From the NCBI GenBank assembly GCA_964291315.2, contig OZ219753.1, positions 256,001 through 320,000 of the forward strand: a stretch of DNA of 64,000 nt, given 5' to 3'. Each line of letters starts with the position of its first letter. Positions within the stretch are counted from its first letter, which is position 1. Origin of the DNA: Candidatus Poribacteria bacterium (GTDB lineage: Bacteria; Poribacteria; WGA-4E; WGA-3G). Shown one piece after another: positions 39,510 to 49,057 of this stretch. The notes beneath the pieces were generated by a model, which was given only the letters and a program-made list of their open reading frames with translations, ran no database searches and was not told the origin of the DNA. Both the position numbers and the translations under genes were made by a program.

Positions 39510-41792
39510 ATGTCTAAGTCACTGGTCGTCGTTGAATCACCGGCGAAAGCGAGAACCATCAAAAAGATCTTAGGTCCGGATTATGTTGTTGAATCGTCCG
39601 TTGGGCATATTCGCGATTTACCGAAAAAAGAACTCGGAGTGGATATCGAAAACGCCTTCGCGCCGAAATACGTTCTCATTCATGGGAAAGGTAAGGTTGT
39701 GAAAGCCCTCCAGAGCGAGGCGCGGAAAGTAGACAATATTTATCTTGCTGCTGATCGCGACCGCGAGGGTGAAGCTATTTGTTGGCATCTCGCTGAAGAA
39801 TTGAAGAAATCTCAGAAACCGATCTACCGGATAATCTACAACGAGATCACGAGAAGCGCTATTTTAAATGCGATCAAACATCCGGGCGAGATTGATATGT
39901 CACTTGTTGACGCGCAACAAGCACGGCGCGTTCTGGATCGGCTCGTGGGATACCAAATTAGTCCTATTTTATGGCGCAGTGTTAGGCCCGGACTCAGTGC
40001 AGGCAGGGTCCAGTCAGTTGCGGTTCGACTTATTTGCGAACGCGAGGTAGAAATTGAGAAGTTTAAACCTGAAGAATACTGGACGCTCACGGCTACGTTG
40101 ACTGCTATTGACGTTGAGCACCTGTTCCCCGCGAAATTACATAAGATTGGTAGCAAGAAAGGTGAAATTAATAACTACGGATTCCGTATAGAGGAAGCAC
40201 GGGCAAAGGAGCTCGCTGCAGATGCCAAGACAAAAACTTATGTTGTCGAAAAGGTCGAAAAACGAGAACGAAAGCAGAGACCTGTTCCTCCGTTTATCAC
40301 GAGTACTTTACAACAGGAGGCATCCCGAAAACTCCGGTTTACTGCAAAAAAGACGATGTTTATTGCACAACAACTCTATGAGGGGTTAGAAATTGGGAGT
40401 GAAGGTTCGGTGGGACTCATCACATATATGCGTACGGATTCGACACGCGTGGCCCAAGAAGCGGTTCAAGCAGCAAGAGGCTTCATTAAAGACACATATG
40501 GTACGGAATATTTACCTGCAAGGGCGGTTGCTTACCGGAGCAAGAGAGGGGCACAAGATGCACATGAAGCCATTCGTCCGACTGTTCCGTTGCGACCTCC
40601 AGAAGGATTGAAAACTCATTTGAGCAGTGAGCAGTATCGCCTGTACGACTTGATTTGGAAGCGGTTCATAGCGAGTCAAATGCAGCCTGCTATCTTGGAT
40701 GCCACAACAGTTGACATTAAGGCGGGGGATTACCTCTTCCGTGCCACGGGGTCGGTTATCAAGTTTAGCGGGTTCAGGCGTATCTATATCGAAGGGAAAG
40801 ACGATGTTGCTGCTGATGAAAATGGCACTGGTAGAGAGAATATTAATTTACCGATAGTCAAAGCTGGCGACAAACTGGATCTGCGCAAGTTAGAACCAAA
40901 GCAACACTTCACACAGCCGCCACCGCGTTACAACGAAGCCACGCTCGTTAAGATGTTAGAGAAGAAAGATATCGGGCGTCCGAGCACTTATGCTTCTATT
41001 CTGTCGACTATTCAGGACCGCGGTTATGTGACGAAAGAAAGCAGGCAGCTGCTGCCTACCGATGTCGGCAGGCTCGTTAATCATCTTCTTATTCACGGTT
41101 TCCCGAACATTGTCGATGTAGAATTCACAGCGAAAATGGAGGAACAACTGGATACTATTGCGGAAGGGAACGTCAAATGGGCAGAAACCTTAAAAGCGTT
41201 TTATCCGGACTTCCAAACCGCATTGCAAGAAGCACCCGATAAGATGTATGAAGCCCGGAAATCAATAGAAGAAGAATCAGATCAGAAATGTGATAAGTGT
41301 GGCAGTCATATGATTATCAAGTGGGGCAGATACGGACGGTTCCTCGGATGTGCTAGCTATCCGGAATGTGCAAACATCAAACCATTGAACACGGATAATA
41401 CCCCGCATCCGGAACCTGAACCAACCGACACCGTTTGCGACAAATGCGGCAAACCGATGCTCATCAAAACGAACCGGATGGGCGGGAAGTTTTTGGCATG
41501 TAGCGGATATCCTACCTGCAAAAACGCTAAGCCGCTCCCAATCGGAATCGACTGTCCCGAACCCAACTGCGCCGGCTACCTGGGGGAACGCCGCACCCGA
41601 CGTGGGAAGGTCTTTTATGGGTGTAGCAACTATCCGAAGTGTGAATTCTCAACATGGGATAAACCTATTTCTGAACCCTGTCCGGAATGCAATGCTCCAT
41701 TTTTAGTTGAGAAAACGAAAAAGGTGAGAGGTAGTGAAACAGAGCGTATTTCTATTGCTTGTCTCTCATGTAAATATACAAAGACCAAGTAA
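39510..41792 (+). CDS. topA: DNA topoisomerase I
   Basis: VESPAKA, DRDREGE, SAGRVQS, ITYMRTDS, AHEAIRP, C-terminal Zn ribbons. Confidence 0.98.
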   Translation: MSKSLVVVESPAKARTIKKILGPDYVVESSVGHIRDLPKKELGVDIENAFAPKYVLIHGKGKVVKALQSEARKVDNIYLAADRDREGEAICWHLAEELKKSQKPIYRIIYNEITRSAILNAIKHPGEIDMSLVDAQQARRVLDRLVGYQISPILWRSVRPGLSAGRVQSVAVRLICEREVEIEKFKPEEYWTLTATLTAIDVEHLFPAKLHKIGSKKGEINNYGFRIEEARAKELAADAKTKTYVVEKVEKRERKQRPVPPFITSTLQQEASRKLRFTAKKTMFIAQQLYEGLEIGSEGSVGLITYMRTDSTRVAQEAVQAARGFIKDTYGTEYLPARAVAYRSKRGAQDAHEAIRPTVPLRPPEGLKTHLSSEQYRLYDLIWKRFIASQMQPAILDATTVDIKAGDYLFRATGSVIKFSGFRRIYIEGKDDVAADENGTGRENINLPIVKAGDKLDLRKLEPKQHFTQPPPRYNEATLVKMLEKKDIGRPSTYASILSTIQDRGYVTKESRQLLPTDVGRLVNHLLIHGFPNIVDVEFTAKMEEQLDTIAEGNVKWAETLKAFYPDFQTALQEAPDKMYEARKSIEEESDQKCDKCGSHMIIKWGRYGRFLGCASYPECANIKPLNTDNTPHPEPEPTDTVCDKCGKPMLIKTNRMGGKFLACSGYPTCKNAKPLPIGIDCPEPNCAGYLGERRTRRGKVFYGCSNYPKCEFSTWDKPISEPCPECNAPFLVEKTKKVRGSETERISIACLSCKYTKTK

Positions 41793-41860
41793 CGAGACGT
41801 GTTAGGTTACATTGTGGGTACAGTTTCAAATAACATCCTAACCTCTCGGGAATTTGTTAA

Positions 41861-42532
41861 ATGATACAGGTACATCAGGTCAGCTTTAGTTACGATGAAC
41901 TTAGCGTGCTTGAGAAAGTGAGTTTTCGTGTTGAGCGTGGTGAGTTTGTGTTTCTTGTCGGTCCCAGTGGTTCAGGAAAGACAACGCTATTACGGCTATT
42001 ATATGCTGATTTATTTCCGGTAGGAGGCGAGCTGAGTGTAGTTGGGCAACAGCTTTCTGAATTGAACAAGGTTAACCTTCCTTACTTTCGTCAGAAAATA
42101 GGCATTGTTTTTCAAGATTTCAAGTTATTAGGGAATAAAACATTAAAAGAAAATTTGGCACTCCCTCAGAAACTGATAGGTACAGTGCCACGGTTGCTGA
42201 AGGATAACGTCAATGCGTACCTGCATCAAATGGGGTTGAGCCATCATCAGAACGCGCTGCCAGCCGAAATATCTAGCAACGAACGCCGTAAACTTGCTAT
42301 AGCGCGAGCGATTATCAATAAACCTTTATTATTGATTGCCGATGCTCCGACAGAAGGCTTTGATTTGCGCCTTTCACTTGAAGTAATGGAATTCCTTGAT
42401 GCCCTTAACTTTCAGGGCATGACCATCCTTATTGCAACGGCTGATCGGAGACTCGCGGAGAAATGCAACAAACGGATTATTGAACTGCGGGATGGTGCTA
42501 TACATTGGGATCCCTCGTCTCTGCCTATCTGA
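41861..42532 (+). CDS. ftsE: FtsE-like ABC ATPase with degenerate catalytic motifs
   Basis: GPSGSGKT, VFQDFKLL; adjacent to ftsX; signature, Walker B and H-switch altered. Confidence 0.82.
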   Translation: MIQVHQVSFSYDELSVLEKVSFRVERGEFVFLVGPSGSGKTTLLRLLYADLFPVGGELSVVGQQLSELNKVNLPYFRQKIGIVFQDFKLLGNKTLKENLALPQKLIGTVPRLLKDNVNAYLHQMGLSHHQNALPAEISSNERRKLAIARAIINKPLLLIADAPTEGFDLRLSLEVMEFLDALNFQGMTILIATADRRLAEKCNKRIIELRDGAIHWDPSSLPI

Positions 42533-42604
42533 GATGTAGCGTTACTTCTGTACGGATCTCGCTGTTTGGTCTCATTTTCGTTCTAAGAAAAAAATATAGA
42601 AAAC

Positions 42605-43462
42605 ATGCGTTACCGCTTTCAAAATGCTATATCCCATATATCGAGTGCTGGTAGCTCAAACATTATGAGTATCGCGGGGATTGCGTTCATTGCAACCTTG
42701 CTCGCCTCTTTGTTGTTAAATCACTTGTCTATATTAGAAGAGTTTGAGTTTAAGAGCCATGACCCGACGCTTATAGTCTTTCTAAAGGATAGCGTAGATG
42801 AGTCAAAAGGACGCAAGCTTCTCAGTCAAATAGAAAAAAGCGGGCATATTCTCGCTGCAAATTATACTTCAAAGTCAGAGAACCTCGCTCGCGGGGAGGC
42901 TGAGTTTAGGGATTTAGGCATTTTGATTAAGGAGGCCTTTGCAGAATCTAAAGGTGTAAACCCTTTCCCGGCCTCCCTAAGTATTTATGTAGACGAAGAA
43001 TTGATCACCCGTCAAACATTAGAGCAGATTGCCTTAGATATGAAAACCTATGATGAAATCGAGGATATTTCACTAACCGGACAGGGGCAACTCAATGAGC
43101 GGTTACGCAATTCAGAGCGCACAACTTTGATTGGTATCGGAGTAGCAGTTGTCGTCATTTGGTTCATGGTTGGTTCTCTTATTAAAAAGACAGCAGCAGC
43201 TCGTGCTAAAGAGATTAACCTCATGAAGTTACTCGGCATGCCGCGGCACTACCTCCTCGTTCCATTTGTCGTCCACGGAAGTTTTCTTGGAGGGTTTGGA
43301 ACGCTATGTGGACTTGCCTGTTTTTATGGGATGTTTCATATATTCAGATATCAATTAGGTGTAATTAATTTTCTCAATATTTATCAACTCCTCTTGGTTA
43401 TTATAGGTGGTATGGTCATCGGATTTTTCGTTGGCCTCATTACACAACGGCAATATGCGTAG
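42605..43462 (+). CDS. ftsX: FtsX-like permease
   Basis: TM1, periplasmic domain with NPFPAS, ARAKEINLMKLLG...PF..G, three C-terminal TMs. Confidence 0.82.
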   Translation: MRYRFQNAISHISSAGSSNIMSIAGIAFIATLLASLLLNHLSILEEFEFKSHDPTLIVFLKDSVDESKGRKLLSQIEKSGHILAANYTSKSENLARGEAEFRDLGILIKEAFAESKGVNPFPASLSIYVDEELITRQTLEQIALDMKTYDEIEDISLTGQGQLNERLRNSERTTLIGIGVAVVVIWFMVGSLIKKTAAARAKEINLMKLLGMPRHYLLVPFVVHGSFLGGFGTLCGLACFYGMFHIFRYQLGVINFLNIYQLLLVIIGGMVIGFFVGLITQRQYA

Positions 43463-43491
43463 CATTGTGCATCTATCGGAGAACAGCATCG

Positions 43492-45426
43492 ATGACAAAT
43501 CGCGACATTAGTGATGTATTCAGAGCTATTGGGTATCTCTTGCAAATCCGCGGGGGCGACACATTTCGCGCTCGTATATATGAACGCGCAGCCGATATCA
43601 TTGAGGAATTTCCATACGTCTTCCTTTCCGCGCCCCTCCAACAGGACACATTGGAATATAATAAAGAAGCATTAGAAGAACTGCGCGCTACACCCGGGAT
43701 CGGAAAAGCTATCCAAGGTAAGACCGTTGAACTGTTGGAAACCGGACACTGCAGATTCTATGATGAACTTGTAGCGGAAATGGGGGTGGGTGTTCTTGAA
43801 TTGCTGAAACTCCGAGGCATCGGGATTAAGACAGCTAGTAGGCTTTACCACGGATTTGGTGTCAGGACTCTTGAGGATTTTCAGGAATTGCTGGATAGCG
43901 GAAAGATGCGCGGCTTGAAAGGAATCGGTCACAAAATGCTCCAAATGATAAGCGAGAGTTTGGCATTTTACAAAGAGCAGAAAAATAAGCGCCCCTTATG
44001 GAGAGTTTTACCCATCGCTCAGCAGATTGCTGAACGTTTGGTACAATTTGTGGAGGCAGGTTGGATAAAACGGGAACCTGAATTCACAGGAGATTTACGT
44101 AGACATGAAGAAATATGTCAAAGTATAGAACTCATCGTTGAGTGTGTGGATGAAACAGTATTTCAACCTGAAAATGGAATCCCCTCTCCTCAGCTGCAAT
44201 TGTTACTTGAACTCTTTTCACAATCACGATTTACTCGATCGCCTTTAATTGCAGGTTCGGAACACACATCTGAAAATCTACGTTCGTCGTTACTTCTAAA
44301 AACTGATTTTTGTGGAGCTGGGCGGATTCAATACATATACGACGCGGAAAGTAAGGTTCTCATCCGGAAAGAACGGGTCGAAGCGACTGGTGATATCCGA
44401 GACACACTGCCTGCGATTCAATTCTGTATTGATGGTAATTTTCCAGTGTCTATCTATTTATCGGTCGCTGCTGCCTACGCCTCGACCCTTTTCTTAACAA
44501 CAGCGACTGCGGAACACCTCGCTGCACTTAGCGATACAAAGACATTAGAACCAGAGATTGAATTCAACGCAATGCGCAATCTAACGGAGACAGAAATTTA
44601 CAAAAGGTTCGGAGCCTCCTATATTCCTGCGGAGTTACGACAGGATGAAACATCATTTGTAGCGGCTAAAGATAACGTCCTCCCGAATCTCGTTGAATTT
44701 AAAGACTTACGCGGTGACCTACATGCCCACACCAATTGGAGCGACGGACGGCATACACTTGAAGATATGGTAGCAGCAGCGAAGGCAGAAGGTATGGAAT
44801 ACTTTGCTATCACCGATCACTCTGTCTCGTCGGTAGTCGCGAATGGGTTAGATCAGAAGCGACTCCTAGCGCAAGTGGCACAAGTCCGTGAATTAGATGC
44901 CAAAACCGAAGATATTACAATTCTTGCTGGTTCTGAGGTAGATATCCGGCGATACGGTAAGCTAGATTTTCCTGATGAGATTCTAGCTCAACTCGATGTT
45001 GTTGTTGCAAGTGTTCATAGCGCCTTTACGCTCCCTGAAGCGGAGATGACAAAGCGGATCATTCGTGCAATTGAGAATCCGTTTGTTAACATCATTGGTC
45101 ACCCGACCGGTAGGCTGCTTGAACGTAGACCTATGTATCCGCTGCATATGGAAGAAATCATTGCTGCTGCTGCGGAAAACCGTACAGTTTTAGAAATTAA
45201 CGGATCCCCGAATCGATTAGACTTGTCCCCTCAATTCGTACGGATGGCCAAAAGTGCAGGCGTGTTATTGGCAGTTAACACAGATGCTCACGCTATCCGA
45301 CAACTCGCGCATCGTAGATCCGGGTTAAATGTTGCACGGCGCGGATGGTTGACGAAATCTGAGGTTATTAATACACACAGTTTAGAGAAATTGCGCGAAA
45401 CGTGTAATATCGGTGTGCGTGTGTAG
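43492..45426 (+). CDS. polX: PolX-PHP protein (family X polymerase domain degenerate, PHP domain intact)
   Basis: FRARIYERAA, HhH motifs PGIGK/RGIGIK/KGIG, YIPAELR, GDLHAHT..SDG, ITDHS, IGHPTGR, NTDAH. Confidence 0.9.
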   Translation: MTNRDISDVFRAIGYLLQIRGGDTFRARIYERAADIIEEFPYVFLSAPLQQDTLEYNKEALEELRATPGIGKAIQGKTVELLETGHCRFYDELVAEMGVGVLELLKLRGIGIKTASRLYHGFGVRTLEDFQELLDSGKMRGLKGIGHKMLQMISESLAFYKEQKNKRPLWRVLPIAQQIAERLVQFVEAGWIKREPEFTGDLRRHEEICQSIELIVECVDETVFQPENGIPSPQLQLLLELFSQSRFTRSPLIAGSEHTSENLRSSLLLKTDFCGAGRIQYIYDAESKVLIRKERVEATGDIRDTLPAIQFCIDGNFPVSIYLSVAAAYASTLFLTTATAEHLAALSDTKTLEPEIEFNAMRNLTETEIYKRFGASYIPAELRQDETSFVAAKDNVLPNLVEFKDLRGDLHAHTNWSDGRHTLEDMVAAAKAEGMEYFAITDHSVSSVVANGLDQKRLLAQVAQVRELDAKTEDITILAGSEVDIRRYGKLDFPDEILAQLDVVVASVHSAFTLPEAEMTKRIIRAIENPFVNIIGHPTGRLLERRPMYPLHMEEIIAAAAENRTVLEINGSPNRLDLSPQFVRMAKSAGVLLAVNTDAHAIRQLAHRRSGLNVARRGWLTKSEVINTHSLEKLRETCNIGVRV

Positions 45427-45446
45427 GACAAGCACCGATTGTGTGG

Positions 45447-47405
45447 TTATTCTAACGCAGCTAGCCGAGTCAAATGCCAATTTGGGTCCTCTAACGCTTC
45501 ATAAACAACACCGCCCTCTACCGTGTCAGGCATCGGAAGTCCGAGTAAATAACAGAGCGTTGGCACGACATCAACAACGCGGACCTGTCTTTGTAAAGCG
45601 ACCCCTTGTCGGACACCAGATCCCGATAAGATAAAAGTAGAGTGTTGTCCACCGATGCCGAAACTCACAGAAGGGAGCTGTTTCCCGTGGGCACCGTCGA
45701 ATTCCGGTCGGAGCGCGTAGACGACATCTCCTACCAAATCCCCATGTAAGTTAAACATTTCCGCATCTGCACGAGTGACAGCCAATGTAAACGGATGTCG
45801 TCCAGTTTCTGCGTCTTTATAAGTGTGGAGTGCAGCGATAATCTCACGTTGTGTTGCCTCATAGTCCTCAGGTGCCACGATTCCATTGGGGTCACGTCCG
45901 GCTAAGTTAATGAAGATATGTACCAAACCGACGTTGACAGCTCGTGTTTTCGTCCAATCTATCGCCCGCTTTGTGTCTCTAACGATGAATCCTGTCTCTT
46001 CGAGCACATGTTCAATGTCTATAGCCTGAAATTGGTTAGGTGTGCCGCCATGATCAGAGCATACCAGAATAACGGTGTCATCATCTGCTTGCTCTATCAC
46101 ACTTCCAACCATACGATCTACAGATTCGTAGGTTCTGCGCAATCCTTCGAGACACCTGTGCGTTGTTTCAGGGGCTGCTCCGCTGATTTCATCAGCTTGA
46201 CTAAGGAAGAAATGACTAGCGTAGTCGGGGGCATGAGTCTCTACCATCAGCACGTTCCAATCGTCGTTTGCAGCGAGATATGTTGAGATTTCTGCAAGAC
46301 GTTGGTGATGGTAGTCTAAGAGTTCAAAATAGGTGTCGTCGTCTATGTGTCCGAGGGCATCACGAGCGGGATTCTGAAGGAACGAACCGATCTCCTTGTC
46401 AATTGCAGTAGCTACTGTGTCTGGGACGGTATATCCTGTTCTGGGCCAGATTTGTGGCACAAAAAGTTCGAACGCATCTGCTGTCGGCGTGAGCGTCACA
46501 AGTTTCATCCGGACGTAACCTTCTGGCTTGTTATCGCCAATTTCAAATTTCTCCAGCCACCAATTGCTCCACTCGCCGACCCTGAGATCTGCAACGGTAT
46601 CTGCGCCAGATCGGCTCTTGCAAATCCGCACTCGGTCATAGCCGCTGTCTCCGGAGGCGTAGATCAGTCCATAAAACTGTTTCGGCACTAGCGTTTCGTG
46701 GGAGGTTTCGTTTTGAGAATAAACTGAGGGCATGATATCTTCTCTGCCGCGCGCTAAAGGCCGGAGAGTAAGTTGAACTTCCTGCACCGGTTTTGTGGAA
46801 TATGGCAAAGTATCCCAATCGTTACTTTTTATAGGTTTGATGCTCACCGGATCAACGTGGCGAACATCTTGTAATGCGCTCGGGTCTAGTGTTTCCGGAT
46901 CGCGCTGTCCCCCGATAGGGCGCGGTGTCCATTCTCCGGCAACAAAGAGATGGTAACCTGCAATTTGGTGGTGATTCGAGACCCCCGGGCCCGTTCCCTC
47001 CACCTGAATTCCGTTTTTGACGGTGGGGGGCCATGACATTTCCCATTTCACCAAAATTGGTTTCCCTCCTGCGCGCTCCACTAGATTCCAGAGATATTCG
47101 GATTGGCACAAGCCGGTGTTAATACCCCAGGTGGTTTTGTCGAGACGCTCTCCTAGGGCGCGAATGTTAAAATCCATTACTCGATGTGTGCCAGGCCATG
47201 AGCCTGTAGAAAGTGCTGTCCACCCGGGGGGTGTCAGGGTCGGAAACACACCAAGCATCGGTCGGTAAACTCCATTCTCAAGGAGGGTCGCCATATTTGG
47301 GGTATGTCCCCAATCTATCATATTTTTGACTAATTCCATGCTCGCCCCATCCATTCCGATAATAATTGCCCTTTTCGCTGGTGCGAGTCGTGTGCGTTTT
47401 GTCAT
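45447..47405 (-). CDS. Alkaline phosphatase/nucleotide pyrophosphatase-phosphodiesterase superfamily protein
   Basis: IIGMDGA, PTLTPPGW..LSTG..PGTH, CSDHG, FINLAGRDPNGIV, VDVVPT. Confidence 0.9.
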   Translation of the reverse strand: MTKRTRLAPAKRAIIIGMDGASMELVKNMIDWGHTPNMATLLENGVYRPMLGVFPTLTPPGWTALSTGSWPGTHRVMDFNIRALGERLDKTTWGINTGLCQSEYLWNLVERAGGKPILVKWEMSWPPTVKNGIQVEGTGPGVSNHHQIAGYHLFVAGEWTPRPIGGQRDPETLDPSALQDVRHVDPVSIKPIKSNDWDTLPYSTKPVQEVQLTLRPLARGREDIMPSVYSQNETSHETLVPKQFYGLIYASGDSGYDRVRICKSRSGADTVADLRVGEWSNWWLEKFEIGDNKPEGYVRMKLVTLTPTADAFELFVPQIWPRTGYTVPDTVATAIDKEIGSFLQNPARDALGHIDDDTYFELLDYHHQRLAEISTYLAANDDWNVLMVETHAPDYASHFFLSQADEISGAAPETTHRCLEGLRRTYESVDRMVGSVIEQADDDTVILVCSDHGGTPNQFQAIDIEHVLEETGFIVRDTKRAIDWTKTRAVNVGLVHIFINLAGRDPNGIVAPEDYEATQREIIAALHTYKDAETGRHPFTLAVTRADAEMFNLHGDLVGDVVYALRPEFDGAHGKQLPSVSFGIGGQHSTFILSGSGVRQGVALQRQVRVVDVVPTLCYLLGLPMPDTVEGGVVYEALEDPNWHLTRLAALE

Positions 47406-47424
47406 GAAGATTTCTCCTTATCAG

Positions 47425-48915
47425 CTAGGGAACGCGTTGAATATAAATATCATAATCTGGGCCGCGAGCATCGCTCCAGACGACAATCGCTGCATTGGGG
47501 CCTGTAGATATGGCTTGTGGACTGATTTGCTCCTTTGGGGCGCTACAGACGGGAACACCATCAATTTCCCATAGCGGGTTGCCGTCTGCATCAAGTCGTT
47601 GGGCATAGATTGCGTCCTCGGTTGAATCACCGAAGTCCTCTCTATAGTCGAGCCAGTAAACGATAGCCCCATCCACCGTAGGAACAAGTTGCGGGAGTCG
47701 CTGCACACCCGCTTCTGTGCATATGGGTACACCCTTTTGGAAGTCAAAACTTTTATCAGCCCATAACGCTTGTCCGCTTGCATCAATGCGTTGTGCGTAG
47801 AGGTCAGCGAAGATATTTCGTTCATCCCACCAAGCAACTATGAATCCTCCACTTCCATCAGGGATACAGTCCGGTTGCTGCTGATTGACGTGCAGATCAC
47901 AGACAGGAATACCATCCATTTTCCATGATACCTCTCCTTGATCGGTGATGTGTTGCGCGTATAACTGGGCTCTCGTATAAAAATTTGGGTCATTGCGGTA
48001 ATCCGACCAGACAAAGAATGCCCCGCCATTTTCATCACTAATAGCAATAGGCGCGCCTTGGTTTCCGACTGCTGTACAGACGGGTACAGGAGCGTTTTCG
48101 ACAGTAGTGCTGGAATTCCACATAGGTGTTCCCTCTGCAGAGAGGTGTTGCGCGAAAATATTCCAATCCGGTGTGCTGATATCCCACCACGCGACAATAG
48201 CTCCGCCTTCTCCATCAGCGATGAGTACCGGATCGTACTGATCTCCGTCACCCATATAGACGGGAACACCATCTGTTTTCCATAAAGGTTTCCCTGTGCT
48301 GTCGATTCTTTGGGCATAAATGTCTTGATTTCCGTTTCGCCAATCTTCCCATACAACAATTACTCCCCCTTTTCCGTCTGCAATAGCGTTGACATCATCT
48401 TGCAGTGTTGGGTGTGTACAGACCGGAATCCCTTTAGAGCGCCAGAGGGTGTTGCCGTCAGCATCGATTCGTTGTGCGTAACTGTCCTGATTTCCGTGTC
48501 GAGTATCCCCCCAAACGAGGATAGCACCTTCCTTGGTGTCACTGACAATTAGTGGCCAGCTCTGCGATGAAGGCAAATCACAGATTGGAATACCGTCGGG
48601 TTTCCAGAGGGCGGTCCCCGTATCAGTGACTCGCTGCGCAAAGATATCACGGTTCGCGTTACGAGCATCGCTCCACGCCACAATAGCTCCGTCTTTTCCA
48701 TCGGTGACGAGGACAGGGAAATGTTGCTCGTTCTGTGCTGTGCATAACGGGAGGTTTTGTATTGAAGAAAGGGACCATTCGGCAGACACTACATTTATTG
48801 AAGTAAATAAGGAAAGAATGGTTAGGGTCAGATATATTCGGCGGAACTGTCCACCGGAATCGCGGTGTGCAGGCGGCACGCTAGAATCATATATAGATTG
48901 AGGAAGATAATTCAT
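47425..48915 (-). CDS. Secreted protein with eight ~54-aa repeats (probable 8-bladed beta-propeller)
   Basis: Repeat consensus Q..P....DG.GGAI..W.D.R....DI.AQR....G...W...G.P.C. Confidence 0.85.
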   Translation of the reverse strand: MNYLPQSIYDSSVPPAHRDSGGQFRRIYLTLTILSLFTSINVVSAEWSLSSIQNLPLCTAQNEQHFPVLVTDGKDGAIVAWSDARNANRDIFAQRVTDTGTALWKPDGIPICDLPSSQSWPLIVSDTKEGAILVWGDTRHGNQDSYAQRIDADGNTLWRSKGIPVCTHPTLQDDVNAIADGKGGVIVVWEDWRNGNQDIYAQRIDSTGKPLWKTDGVPVYMGDGDQYDPVLIADGEGGAIVAWWDISTPDWNIFAQHLSAEGTPMWNSSTTVENAPVPVCTAVGNQGAPIAISDENGGAFFVWSDYRNDPNFYTRAQLYAQHITDQGEVSWKMDGIPVCDLHVNQQQPDCIPDGSGGFIVAWWDERNIFADLYAQRIDASGQALWADKSFDFQKGVPICTEAGVQRLPQLVPTVDGAIVYWLDYREDFGDSTEDAIYAQRLDADGNPLWEIDGVPVCSAPKEQISPQAISTGPNAAIVVWSDARGPDYDIYIQRVP

Positions 48916-49057
48916 TTATTTATTATAACGGTTATCAGTTATAGATTTCAGTTGTAAAAACTTGTTCGCAAGGACTTTCCGAAACTTGGCACATTCTAGG
49001 AAGTGGTGCGTTGTTAAATGGAGTTCTCTGAACCTACGTCTGACGAGGGCCCCTATT

